From assembly GCF_018350175.1 (NCBI RefSeq), contig NC_058368.1:102364001-102428000 (forward strand): a stretch of DNA of 64,000 nt, in the 5' to 3' direction. The notes under the pieces are model-generated. The model saw only the letters and a program-made list of their open reading frames with translations. It searched no databases and was not told the DNA's origin. This document shows, piece after piece, positions 32,733 through 44,869 of this stretch. Position 1 is the first letter of the stretch, and every line of letters starts with the position of its first letter. The translations under genes were made by a program, and so were the position numbers. This DNA comes from Felis catus (Eukaryota).

Positions 32733-35399
32733 TAAAAAGTTAGGAGATAAACTCAGGACAACACAATAACACAGCTAACAGCTGCCTAAGCCAAAAGCAG
32801 ACCCGAGTCCATTTAACCCACATTACAAGGGGTTAAACAGGACTGTCCACATTGTCCACACTCGAGAGTCAGATTGGAACAGCACAGACAGAGCCCTCTC
32901 TGGAATCGGCCGCAGAGAGAAAACTGTGGGGTGCATATAGCAGTGAACATGATCCAGCCCTGGATGTTTCCCAGTGCAACCTACAGACGTATGGGAGCAG
33001 AGAATGCGATCAAAATCATGCTTGGTAGAAATAATATCTGCCCGGTGGGCACGGCTGGAGACAAAGTTTTGCAGGAAAATTAACGTTTCTGTGGAAAAAC
33101 CTAAAACTCACCTTCCGTTGCAGATTTTTTACAGATTTTTTAGTCGCCCATCAAGGGAAACAACAAAAAAAGTAGTTTGAACCTTCCTCAAGCCTGGTCT
33201 CTGATCTGGTGTCCAAGCCAGTCCAAAATTTACTAATATTTCTGCACTTGGACGGTCTGATTGACCTCCAATCTTTGGAAACACCCGTCACACCGTTTAG
33301 AGCCAAGCTGGAACGACATTCCAGGTTTTCTAGGTTTTTCTGGCCTGGCCTGGAATGACCTGCAAAGAGGGTCCGCTTTGATCCTGCCTGACATCGGGAG
33401 GGGCAGCGCAGAGACCCGCTGCCCGTGGACGGAGAGGTAGTCTGGCCACCTGGGTGCAAAGACCACCTGCTGCTCGCGTTCACTGCTGCCCGGGACGACC
33501 CTGACCTTCGTGTGGCGCTATGCAGTGGCAAAGTGCAGGCTTGCACATTCTCCACCAGCGCCTCCACCACCTGGTAAAAAACAAACATTATTAGCCCCGC
33601 TTTTCAGGCCACGAAACCGAAGACTCAGCAAAGGGGCCTTTTCTCAAGGCCATAAGGCCAGTAAGGAAAAACACAGCTTGAACTCTGTCTTTGCCACCCT
33701 CTGCACGACACCTCAGATGTTGTTTACGCCTCTCGTCCCAAAAGGGAAAGAGCCCTCCATTAGATCTCTCCGCCATCACCGCCACTTGCCTACATACAAT
33801 CTCTCCTCCCCAGCTGCTAACGCCCCGCCCGGTTAACAACAAGCCACAGCACAATCACCCGAGGCTCAGTGGGGTCCTGGCCACTTTGACAAAGTCCCTG
33901 GCAGGCCCTTCTGTTTTCGCGATCAATGGCACGGTGGCCGGGAACGAGTCCTGGTGATGCTGATCTCTCCTGTGGAAACGTGCTCGCGGGGTACACATTC
34001 GTTTATATTCCAAGCACACCGGATGAAATAATTCTGCACCGTGTCCATCTTTGTGCTGTTAAGGCACACGGTTGCTTTGCAAGCAAAACAGTAGATCTTT
34101 CATTTGCCAGTGACATTCCACAAAGTGCTTATAATTCAGTGTTAGCTTATCAGCCAGCCGATCTCCCACTCTGGGGAATGTGTCAACCATCAAAAGGAGC
34201 GGAGGAGGGTGGGCTGCATCTTAATGGCTTTCATTTCATCAGACTTACTTTCTTAAGGGCATTTAATCAATGAGGACAAGAAGTAGGCAGATTTTTAAAT
34301 AAATGTGTCACTTTAGGTTAATCCACAGCACCGTGGAATGTGTTTGTTTATGCGACTCCCAAATATGTCTCCCTGTGGCTCAGCGGAATTGATAATCTGT
34401 AAATCAAAACATGTTCCAAGTAGTTTTAAACTATTCCCCGAGGGACAGCTTTTTTTGACCCGCCAGAACGGGAGATGTCCCGAAGTTTCAGGGACAAGGG
34501 GGGAGAATGTCAGAGCGGCGCGCTCGCAAGGCTTCAGTGAAATGCCACTTCCGTGGACAGCAATGCTTTCTATTCTTTCATTTTCCTTCCTTTCATTAAC
34601 CAGGTGAGTAATGTGCTAAAAAAAAAAAAATGCGTTTGGGATGACAAAGGAGCTGGCAAAGCATGACAAGATGGGAAGCAAAGACGACTGTGGACATTTT
34701 AATCTATTCTCAGGGCTATTATTAAATGCAGAAGGGGATAAAAATTAAAAGCAGACCGGAGGGATACTGATGAGGCTTGCATCATTCCGCATTGATTACA
34801 CCAAGATGACGGCTGTTTATGCTCTCTGCTTTCTTGCATCCTTCATGCGGCCCAAACAGGGAAGCTGTGATAGCATAAACTCAGGCCCCATGTCAAAGAG
34901 AAATTTCTTTGGCCATCCATTATCAGCTATCTGAACTGTCAAAATAGGATTGTCACATCGGCTGGGAGTGTATTGGCCAGGTTGTGATGTGAATGCGGTT
35001 TTGTTATTTTACATTGATTTTCTTAATGCTGGCCAGAAGCGTGCCCATGCGCGGGCTGGCGGATCTTTTCAGCCCCTTTAACAAAGCTTGAACTGGGTTG
35101 ACATTTGTCCCCGGGGAAGCAGGGTCCATTCAGAGTACACTCTCGGCTGAGCCCTTTGTTGCCAACACTTAAATAATCTCTTTCTTCTTTCTTTCTTTCC
35201 TTTTTTTTTTTTTTTAAACAGAGAGTGTTTACCAAATAAGATTGAGACTGTACGATCCTTTTGACACTGTAGCTAACGCAGGTCATTAATATTCTGCCGG
35301 CTTCAGAGCAAGAATCTATTTAACGGTTTCAAGAATCATTCGAACCCCAGGCAGAGCCTTAACTACAGCTTTTTATAGACAGAAAAGGATATCCGGATC

Positions 35400-35408
35400 T
35401 GTGTGTGT

Positions 35409-35442
<34 letters not shown>
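35400..35442 (+). repeat. (TG)n microsatellite with a gcac interruption
   Basis: Read directly. Confidence 0.93.
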
Positions 35443-35443
<1 letters not shown>

Positions 35444-38400
35444 ACTGCAGAGGACACTGGAGGTTGATAAAAGCTCACTGTATTATGTCTCCCCATCCCT
35501 TTACAGACAGCCAAGGAGAAGCTGGCTTTCTTGAACTTGGGAAGTCTTTAAGCTGCCAGGGCTTGTGAATGAACATCAGAAGAAAACATGCTGCCCTTCA
35601 TTGCATTTTATATTCCAGAAAATAGTGACATTTAAATAATGACGCCTCATCTCTCTGCAAGCCTAGCAAGGGCTCCGTGGCTCCGTGGGGCTTCGCGATG
35701 TTGCCTCTGCTCCCACAGGGTGCCAGGACCTCGGAGCTTCTAAGACACTCGGGAGAAGGACCCCAGCCCTAAGTGCACCTATAAACATACATAATAGCCA
35801 ATTTACAACACAGTCAAGTCAGAATGGGAATTCATGTGCCGGCTTGTAGTACAATTCAAGCTCTCAATTCTGAGACAAATTAAATTCATTCTCGTGTATC
35901 CTGGTGGTAATGTACAATTAGCTTTCAGAGGCCATAATCTATTTTCCTATCATAGAGGAGCCTTTGGAAATTTCAAGGGTAACCTCTCCCGTCCCCTTTA
36001 CAGGAATCTTAAGTGTATATCTCCAAAGTTATATAAATCAAACCATTTGGTAAACTGTGCGGTAACCTCTTTAAATATATCTCCCTGTTAGCTTTAACAT
36101 CATTATATCCCATTGTGATGAAAATGGACTTTCTGTATCCAGTGATAATGAAAATAGCCACTTTATGCAGTTTCTGCACGCAATTATCCAGGCTTTTCTC
36201 AGACTCTAGAGAAATCTAAGCTAATTGCTTTGGGACTTTTCCTACATTTCCATAAATTCTTTGTTAATTTTTCATGAGAAACTGTTATTGCAGTCAGCCC
36301 TTAAAGTTCCCATTGTATTCAATAATGTAAAGAAGCCATTATAAAAACAGGACAATTTGCTGCTGTCCCCGCCTGAGCCCCACTCCTTTTTATTCCTGTG
36401 TATGCTCAGGTGAGGTGGTTTTTTTCTTTTTTTTTTTTTCTTTCCTTTCCTTTCCTTTTCTTTGCCTTTCTTTTCTTTTGGATACAAGCTTTTCTTCATC
36501 TGAGTTTACTCAAAGCCAATCTAAAAGAGGTTCTATGTGGTGCACGACCTTGTCATTATCGGACATGAATTGAGTTTGCTTTATCTGACAGTTGGCTCTG
36601 GAATTGCTTTTATACCTACTCATCAACCCCAGAGACAAAGAACTCTGTTTTAAGTGATAGAGGAGCCACTGAATGAGCCAAGTTTCCCAGGGAATGCTCT
36701 GAAATTACCTCAGATGTTACATTTGATTTATTGATTGCTTCAAACCCAGAGTCACAATTTCTGCGGCTTCCAATAAGCACTACCTAAGGACACCTCAAAC
36801 ACACTGCAGAGATTTTCAGGGAATTTTCAGCCTGATTGTCTCCTTTGAGCTCCCTTGGGTCCGAGAGCACACGGTCTGGCACCCCTCATTCAACACAGCG
36901 ACACCAGAAGACCGGCAAGACGAGAACCCGAAAGGCAAAGACACAGAGAGCCAGGGAGAGAGAGAGGCAAGTTTAGCTTTGGTTCATGTACCCAAAATTA
37001 GCCATCAGAGAATCTAAAACGAAGCTCTTCTAATTTCAAAATACAGTACAGGCAAGGTTACTGTTTCAGAGTTTTGCCCTCAATTTTAGTTCAAATCGCC
37101 CTGGACATATGTAACAATCCATCGACCTATACTCATGATTTGTGCGGATTATAATATGAATGCTGTATCTCAACAAAAAGTGACCTTGGAAAGGACCCGT
37201 CCCAAAATAAACAAACAAACAAACAAACAAACAAATAAATATACTGACAAACTGATTAATTACCCTCACCTTGTCATCATTATGGGCCATGAAAGGCCGG
37301 GGTCTTTAGGAGCAGGCAGGAGCATGGGGGACACAAGTGCCACTTTCAGCCCACCTTGAACTCCTGGTTGGAGCCTGCAGATGGCTGACTTCCAAGGAAA
37401 GCTCCCGCGCTCCCTGCGGTTCATAAACTCTTCTTACACATTATGAAAAGGGACTTGGCTACCTTTGGGGTAAACCACGTAGTGACAATACCACACCTTT
37501 ATTTCAGCACACCCGTGGGGAGCAGAGCACCAGCCGCCCACGCGCAACCTTGGAGCTGACCTTCCGCGCTGTTAACGCAACTCACTCTCCTTGACATGGG
37601 CTCTCACCACAGGTGGTGTTGCAAGCCCCCGTGTGAAAACCGGCCCCGGTCGCCAACAGGCTCATTTATCGGCAAGTGACCAAGGGGACCTTCTCCAGGT
37701 ACCAAAACCCCACTGGGAGTCACTCCGATCGTCTCTCTCCGGGGAGACAGAATAAACAAACTTCTAGACTTAAACGTAACTAAACCACATGACACAAACT
37801 TAAACTTGCTGCCTTCCAAAGTCAGAAAAGCAAAGTTCTCAAAGCCAGACTGATGTCCCTGAGGAGCCTTACGGCGGGCGGGGGCTATTTACCTCAGTAC
37901 GCAGTTCAGTTAAATAGGCATCAATTGGCATCTAAAACAGGAGTGGCGTCTAGAACATTCTAAGTGGGTCTTGGGGTATCTGAAAGTTCCTCTTGGTATC
38001 GAGGCATTCTAAACACGGTACTTCCTCTCTTGCATGAAGACATCAAGTCACTGCCACTGCTGAAGATGCTCGGAGCTTCTCCTGATGGCCAAGGCACAGA
38101 CAAAGCTAGCCACACCTCCCCCCCCCCCCCACATTACAACCTGTGACTAAGTCCTCTTTGAACCTTCAATCATATGGGCATTTTAACTCGTTCCAAGAGG
38201 TTTTTCTTTAACTTTTTCTTTCAGGAACAACGGCCTTGGCTGTGTGGGCGTGCATCCTCTGTACAACACGACGGTGAGCGCATTACGTCATTTAAGGATG
38301 TGACCTCGCAGAACAAAGCCGGGCTCTGGGGAAGTCACTACTCTTCCAGACTAAGCTAGATTTTAACTTAAAAACCCCAGATCAGAGGAGTTGGGAAGCT

Positions 38401-38542
38401 CCCTAACTCAAAAATAAGGAAGGTCGTTATCAAACGCGAAGATTGTTTTTCCTAACAATGAAATTCACTCCCAGCACGGGTTGCCCATCAGCATCGCTTC
38501 ATGTGAACCTCCTAACGATAGGATTTCAGAAGCATAACCCCG

Positions 38543-38995
38543 CTCTCTCTCTTCTAGGAGGGCGTACAGATGCACATCTTTGTGAAGATCCTGACCGGCA
38601 AGACCCTCACCCTCAAGGTCAAGACCCGTGACGCCATGGAGAATATCAAAGCCAAAACCCAAGACAAGGAGCGAATCCCACCTCATTTTTGCAGGCAACT
38701 AGAGGAATGATGGCCAAGCTGTCCCAGATAACAACATCCAGCAGGAGTCCACCCTGCGCTTGGAACCTGGCCGCAGGGAGAGCATCACTGACCCTTCCCG
38801 GCACCGGCTCGTCCGGAAAGACAACTGCAACAAAATGATCAAGTGTTAGGTTCACCTACCCCAAGCTGTCACCTGCCACTAGAAGTCACCCCAACAACCT
38901 GAACCCCAAGAAGTTCAGACAGGGTCACTCTACTGCTTCCTGCTCCCCCTGCAGGGCAATCCCCTCCTGAACCCCATGGCCCTTTGGTCTTAAAA
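38543..38995 (+). pseudogene. UBA52: Processed pseudogene of UBA52 (ubiquitin-ribosomal protein eL40 fusion)
   Basis: ATG at 38570 gives [38 protein letters not shown] (ubiquitin: [38 protein letters not shown]). After frameshifts: NIQQESTLRL...SITDPSRHRLVRKDNCNKMI..KC..AVTC..HPNNLNPKK (eL40: [36 protein letters not shown]). Intronless, with stops, deletions and UTR-like flanks. Confidence 0.93.
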
Positions 38996-39029
38996 GAGGA
39001 GGAGAGGCGGAGGAGGAGGGAGAAGAGAA

Positions 39030-39150
39030 GATAGTCAGCTATTTTACAGGTGAGGAATCCGGAGCTCAGGGAGGTGAAAGAAATTGCCCAAGAAAATGTA
39101 GTGACAGAACTGGGATCCCAACCACCAATCTGCAAAACTCCTTTTATTTC
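39030..39150 (-). mobile_element. MIR fragment
   Basis: attttacaggtgaggaatccggagctcagggaggtgaaagaaattgcccaag. Confidence 0.7.
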
Positions 39151-39469
39151 TACCATGCCATGTTCAAGATGAGCTCTTTCATGCCCTTGAGACCTACAGC
39201 TTTGTCCCTTGGGGAGAACTGCCCCGTGGTTCTCTGGACTCCCACAGTATCGCGACACTTCTTCCAGGGTGCCTACAATACTTCACTGCGGTTTTGTGTA
39301 TGCGTCTTATAGACACATACTTGAAGGTACTTGAAGACGGGGGTCTTGTCTGTTCATCTCTGTACTGCTGGCACCTACCGCAACGCAATGCGTGTGACAA
39401 AGTGCACCGTTTTTTACAAAATAATAATATGCCCGATAAGCATATATAAAGCTACCTGAGTGCTCCTTA

Positions 39470-40240
39470 AAGAAATAAAGAAATGCAAATCAAAGCAACA
39501 ATCACATTTTATTTGCTTAGCTACCAGAGGGGTCAATAGGAAAATATTTTTCTAACACTGTATTTTTTTTTTAATTTTTTTTTCAACGTTTACTTATTTT
39601 TGGGACAGAGAGAGACAGAGCATGAACGGGGGAGGGGCAGAGAGAGAGGGAGACACAGAATCGGAAACAGGCTCCAGGCTCCGAGCCATCAGCCCAGAGC
39701 CCGACGCGGGGCTGAACGCACGGACCGTGAGATCGTGACCTGGCTGAAGTCGGACGCTTAACCGACTGCGCCACCCAGGCGCCCCATCTAACACTGTATT
39801 TTCTAGGATGGCGGTCGCAGGGTCAGCAGGGGTGGGGTGGGGAGGAGGGGACAAGGACTCTCGGATTTTGTTGGTCGGTATAAAAATTAACACACTTGTG
39901 AACAATATCCGCAGGGCCATATCCGCCAAAATTTTACATAGACACTCATGTGCTAGACATGTGTCCTTCAGATATATCCACAGAAGGGTACAAGTCTAAG
40001 TGTGCGAGAAGGTGTATCATAGTTTTTTTTTGTTTCTAATGGAGAAAAAAAATGAAGACGTAATGTCCTTAGAAGGAAACTGTCAACTGTAAGATATATT
40101 CATAGACCAGAATATCATATATCTGAATAAGCTCCAACTGCTTAAAATAGGATTATCTTTCTATAATGCAATGGAAAGATACCCATCTGTATGGAAATCC
40201 CTAAAAAGTTATACAAGAAACTGAGAGCGGAGCCTGCCTC
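39470..40240 (+). mobile_element. Ancient L1 3' ORF2/UTR remnant interrupted by a SINE
   Basis: aaagaaatgcaaatcaaagcaacaat...; ggactctcggattttgttggtcggtataaaaatt... Confidence 0.5.
39566..39785 (-). mobile_element. Young felid SINE with a mutated B-box
   Basis: Antisense copy; TSD tctaacactgtattt at 39551-39565 and 39787-39801. Confidence 0.96.
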
Positions 40241-40285
40241 TGCAGAGAGGGGAGACCAGGGGACTAAGAAAATTTCTTTTCATCT

Positions 40286-40729
40286 TTTAAATTTATTTAT
40301 TTTTGGGGCGCCTGGGTGGCGCAGTCGGTTAAGCGTCTGACTTCAGCCAGGTCACGATCTCACGGTCCGGGAGTTCGAGCCCCGCGTCGGGCTCTGGGCT
40401 GATGGCTCGGAGCCTGGAGCCTGTTTCCGATTCTGTGTCTCCCTCTCTCTCTGCCCCTCCCTCGTTCATGCTCTGTCTCTCTCTGTCCCAAAAATAAATA
40501 AACGTTGAAAAAAAAAATAAAATAAATTAAATTTATTTATTTTTATTTATTTTGAAACAGAGAGCGGGGGGCGGGGGGGGGCAAAAAGAGAGGGAGAGAG
40601 AGAATCCCAAGCAGGCTCCAGGCTGTCAGCACAGAGCCCGACGTGGCCCTTGAACTCACCAACTGTGAGACCATGACCTGAAGCAAAATCAAGAGTAGAC
40701 GCTGAACCAAATGAGCCACCCAGGTGCCC
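40286..40729 (-). mobile_element. Older Can-SINE with its tail interrupted by a young SINE
   Basis: Antisense body ~40545-40729; outer TSD cttttcatctt. Confidence 0.88.
40305..40527 (+). mobile_element. Young felid SINE nested in an antisense SINE tail
   Basis: TSD taaatttatttattttt at 40288-40304 and 40528-40544. Confidence 0.96.
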
Positions 40730-40833
40730 TTCCTTTTCATCTTATAATCACCAAGATGAGAATGATCTTATGACCATGATGTATTTTTTATAATAATTAT
40801 ACAAAACTACAGGGAATTCGATGAGCGTCACTA

Positions 40834-40899
40834 TTTTTTTTTAATTTTTAATGTTTATTTACTTTTGAGAGAGAAAGAGCGTGAGCAGGAGAGGAGGAG

Positions 40900-40936
<37 letters not shown>

Positions 40937-41064
40937 ATGGGAAGCAGGCTCCAGGCTCTGAGTGGTCAGCACAGAGCCTGACGCGGGGCTCGAACTCACG
41001 GACCACGAGATGATGAACTGAGCCGAAGTCAGATGCTTAACCGATGGGGCCACCCAGGTGCCCC
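40834..41064 (-). mobile_element. Felid SINE, intermediate type
   Basis: Antisense full copy with (GA)n. Confidence 0.92.
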
Positions 41065-42606
41065 TGAGTGACATTTTTTAAAGTCAGTAAAGTTCTGTCT
41101 GCTTTCTAGCTGAGTAAGTTAAGGGTAGCAAATCATTCTAAACTAGGCTGACCAGCTCACTATGCCTTCGGTCCCGGAAGCGTCACAATCCAGAAAGTCC
41201 TCAGATCCCTAGCAAACCTGGATGGCTGGTCACCCTTTAATTCTGCCCAAGTGAATGACAGTAACCTCCTTCCCCTCCCCCACCCCCACCCCATCCAGCT
41301 TCACCAGGGCTAATTCAGGCTCTTCCCTAGGCGCTGCCCTCCCTCCTCTCTCCCTCCTCCCCAGTCAGGCCCAGTTAGACCCCATCCGTCCAGTCGACCA
41401 GCCTTTCTCAGCGGGGCAGGCAGGCTTTTCTAAAGCCAAGCAGGGTGCCCAGGGCTCCATTTGCATGTCAATGGTGACTGTGCCTCTCCGAGGCCCTCGG
41501 TGCTCTGGGAACAAACGCCAAGGTTTGTGTTCCCTTGTGAATGCACGCCACTCTCCGCTTTGCTGTGCTGTCACCTCGAATGCCGAGCGTTAGACAAACA
41601 GCTCCTTGAACTGTTTAAAGAAAAACTACCCCTGCCCAAACAAGGCAGATTGAGACGCTCTCATCTCAGGGATAATGATAAAGAGCCTGGACCTTGGCCC
41701 GTGAGTCCAAATCCAGCGCCCATCGAGAGATGGAACGTGAATTCACTTTTCCTTAAAAGTGGCCACCAAATCCAGCGGAGAACGGGCTTTGTTCCGACTT
41801 GGGGTTGCCTTCCAGTTCCTCCCAGGCCTTGCTTTCCTGCGTTCAGACCATCCAGGTCAGCACCCAGCAAGTGCCTCCCTCCGCAGCCGGCCGCGGGCAT
41901 CGCTTTTCTGGCTCGCGGCGGGCCCATGCAGCATCCCATGCCCAACCTCAGCGAGCATTCCAGACGGACAACTGGTTCTTTGAACACCTACTGGAACGCC
42001 AGCATTCCCGCGCCTTCGGTGGGGAGCAGGAACGTGGGGGAGGGAGGAGAGGGCAACTTTTAGGCTATGAAAACATCCATCACAGGCTCCTTTGCTGTGA
42101 TGGGCACCTCCTGGGAAAGCGAGACAGCCAAAGCCCAGGGGATAAACAATCCCTGCTCGTTCAGGACTCTGCGGCATCTCTAAAAACTCTTTTTTGGCGC
42201 CCGCATCCAAGGCCCAGCCGGGTTGGAAATGGAGCGTCCCTCGCGTCAACAGCGGTCCTCAAGATTCCTCGCTCTGCTCTTGTGGGGCTAGGAATTCTCT
42301 CTGCCGTGGGGCAAAAATCGCCCTTTCCCTAAAGATACTGCGTTGTGTTAAGCAGACGGGCCATCGTGACTCAGCCCCAGTGCACTGTGGAGGCAGTCCC
42401 GTTGTTTTTATGAAAGGGGTTGTCGGGGTCTATAATTCACACGTCATTAACCGCTTCATTAAGACAGCAGCCCTGTTGGGTCCTAAACTTGCAGCAGTTT
42501 GAAGGTCATGCAAGTAAACACTCTTCTTGTCTGAGCCAGGGAGGCGCCCCCCCACCCCCACTCCCTCCCCTTGACCAGCGGAAGCGCCTCAAGAAGTGCT
42601 GTTTTC

Positions 42607-42833
42607 GGGGTGCCTGGGTGGCGCAGTCGGTTAAGCGTCCGACTTCAGCCAGGTCACGATCTCGCGGTCCGGGGGTTCGAGCCCCGCGTCGGGCTCTGGG
42701 CTGATGGCTCGGAGCCTGGAGCCTGTTTCCCATTCTGTGTCTCCCTCTCTCTCTGCCCCTCCCCCGTTCATGCTCTGTCTCTCTCTGTCCCAAAAATAAA
42801 TAAATAAACGTTGAAAAATAAAATTAAAAAAAA
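42607..42833 (+). mobile_element. Young felid SINE
   Basis: TSD aagaagtgctgttttc / aaaaagtgttgttttc. Confidence 0.96.
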
Positions 42834-43281
42834 AAAAAGTGTTGTTTTCTAGGAAAAAGCTTTTCCAAACTCTGGAGCATAAATGTGTAAAACATGTTCG
42901 CTCGAAGCTGATTTAAGCTAAACAGCATTACTTCCCAGCGAGCTCTGCAGTCCCACACCATCCATCAAATCCCAGCCATCGCAGGCCGCAGCGTGGAGAT
43001 ACTTAGGCATTTTCATACCCCATGACCTTTTTACGGGAAGAAAAAAGCAACAGTCCAGCAAGAATCCGCACGCAGCCCGCGACACTGGTATTCCTCCAAC
43101 ATGGGGTTTGCTCGTTTAAATGGCACCAAACCCTGCATGTTTTCCCAGCAGCAGTCAGCAGATCTTGAAATGCAATGGGGGGGCTCTGGTTTCGCAGTGA
43201 AATCATACGGTGGGCCTGTTTCCTCAGAAAAAAAAAAAAAAAAAAAAAACAACGGGCCATAGGGAACCAGCCCCAGATCAA

Positions 43282-43481
43282 CATTTATTTATTTTTGGGA
43301 CAGAGAGAGACAGAGCATGAACAGACGAGGGGCAGAAAGAGAGGGAGACACAGAATCGGAAACAGACTCCAGGCGCTGAGCCATCAGCCCAGAGCTGGAC
43401 GTGGGGCTCGAACCCACGGACCGCGAGATCGTGACCTGGCTGAAGTCGGACGCTTAACCGACTGCACCACCCAGGCGCCCC
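43282..43481 (-). mobile_element. Young-type felid SINE without a poly(A) tail
   Basis: Perfect 16-bp TSD accagccccagatcaa at 43266-43281 and 43484-43499. Confidence 0.95.
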
Positions 43482-44014
43482 AGACCAGCCCCAGATCAAA
43501 CGCAAATAGCTAAAGACCTCTTTGGACCAGCCAACTCTGGCCGATGTGTTAGACCCTTGTTTTTCAGACTCAGTCCTGCCAGTCTCTTCAGACCCTTTCC
43601 AGTTGGTGCTGCCACCTGGGATTCCTCGGCAAACTTTCGTCTCAAGAAAGGATCCCGTGGTTAAAGTAAGTGGCAAACAATGTGACCGGGTTTCTTCAAT
43701 TTTTTTTTTTTTTTTGGACCCCTCTCAAACTTTCCTTTCCTCCTTGCTGTTTTCCTTGGAGCTCTGCTAGATAAGTGGCTAAGTAAACTGTGCTCTAATA
43801 CAGCCAACACATGAGAGATAAAAAGAGAATGTATTTACCCTGGCTGGATACCATGTGCGTTTTCTCTGAAGCCTTCAAACTCCTCATCGGAAGGAGTTAA
43901 GGGCCAACTTCAGGTTCCATGATAGGGCTACTGAGCAAAATGTGTTTGCCGTAGGCTAGGGGCATGGAAGAGGTCTGCTTAAAATCACACGACCTTAGCA
44001 ACTGCCTAAACAAA

Positions 44015-44195
44015 AATCCATGGCTTTGGTGGCCGGGCCAGATACAGCAGCATCACCTGGGCGTCTGTGAGAAATGCAAATTCTCAGGCCCACCCCTACC
44101 CACTGAATCAGAAATTCGGAGATGGGAGGCCAGTTATCTGTGTTTTAAGCAGCCCTGCAGGTAATTCTGACACATGCAAACGTTTGAGATCCCTT
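44015..44195. mobile_element. MER5A-like hAT DNA transposon
   Basis: cagcagcatcacctgggcgtctgtgagaaatgcaaattctcaggccc...ctgaatcagaaa...tgtgttttaa...aggtaattctgacacatgc..gtttgaga. Confidence 0.8.
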
Positions 44196-44869
44196 GACCC
44201 AGACTGGCCTTTTAAGTGGAAACTTCGAGCAGGAGACGCAGAGACAGAGAGGGATTTTGACGAGAGTCACATGAAAGACAGGCTCTCGGGAGAGACTCGT
44301 TAGAAGGGCGTGGGGTGATAAGAGGGACAAGCAGGAAGGCCCGTGGGCTCAGGGGAAGGCCACCCTTGGCTGGATTCACACAAACAGGGCTCTGGGGCAC
44401 CAACCATATAGCAGAGTGATCGTGTCTCCTGTTTTCCCATTTCCTTAGTCACTGACCGAGGGAGGAGGACGGTAAATCTCATGCACCTCAGTCACCGTGA
44501 GTAATTCCAATACTTGAATACAGTTGGTCAGTACGCGAAGGCAGCGGCTTCTAGAATATGTCAGGGGATCACTACCTCCATGCAGCGGGTTTTGAGGACC
44601 CCCAAAGAAGCGTACGCGGATCTCGCCTGGGGTGCTGACTCCTTCCCATGGTTGTGCTAGTCTTGGCAAAGCCGCAGGTCACTGTGCCTGTCTTCTGCTA
44701 GGCAAGAAGCCCAGTCTGGGTTAACTGGTGGCTCTCCTTAAAATCAAAATCTTGATCACAGTCATTGACTGTGGTCAGACCACATTCACAGCAGCAACTG
44801 AGTCTTGAGGAAAGCTATCCTCAGTTTCCGCTACCAAGGTCCCCGATTCCTCTGTGAGGGGAACTATCC

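Noticed and set aside
33151..33588. 145-aa minus-strand ORF as a CDS
   Set aside because: The ATG lies within the putative acceptor tract; S/R/G-rich with no recognised homology and no good terminal donor. Kept only as a weak exon candidate
41461..42332. Overlapping 200-aa and 177-aa ORFs
   Set aside because: Non-ATG starts in GC-rich DNA with ORFs in several frames; no recognisable protein
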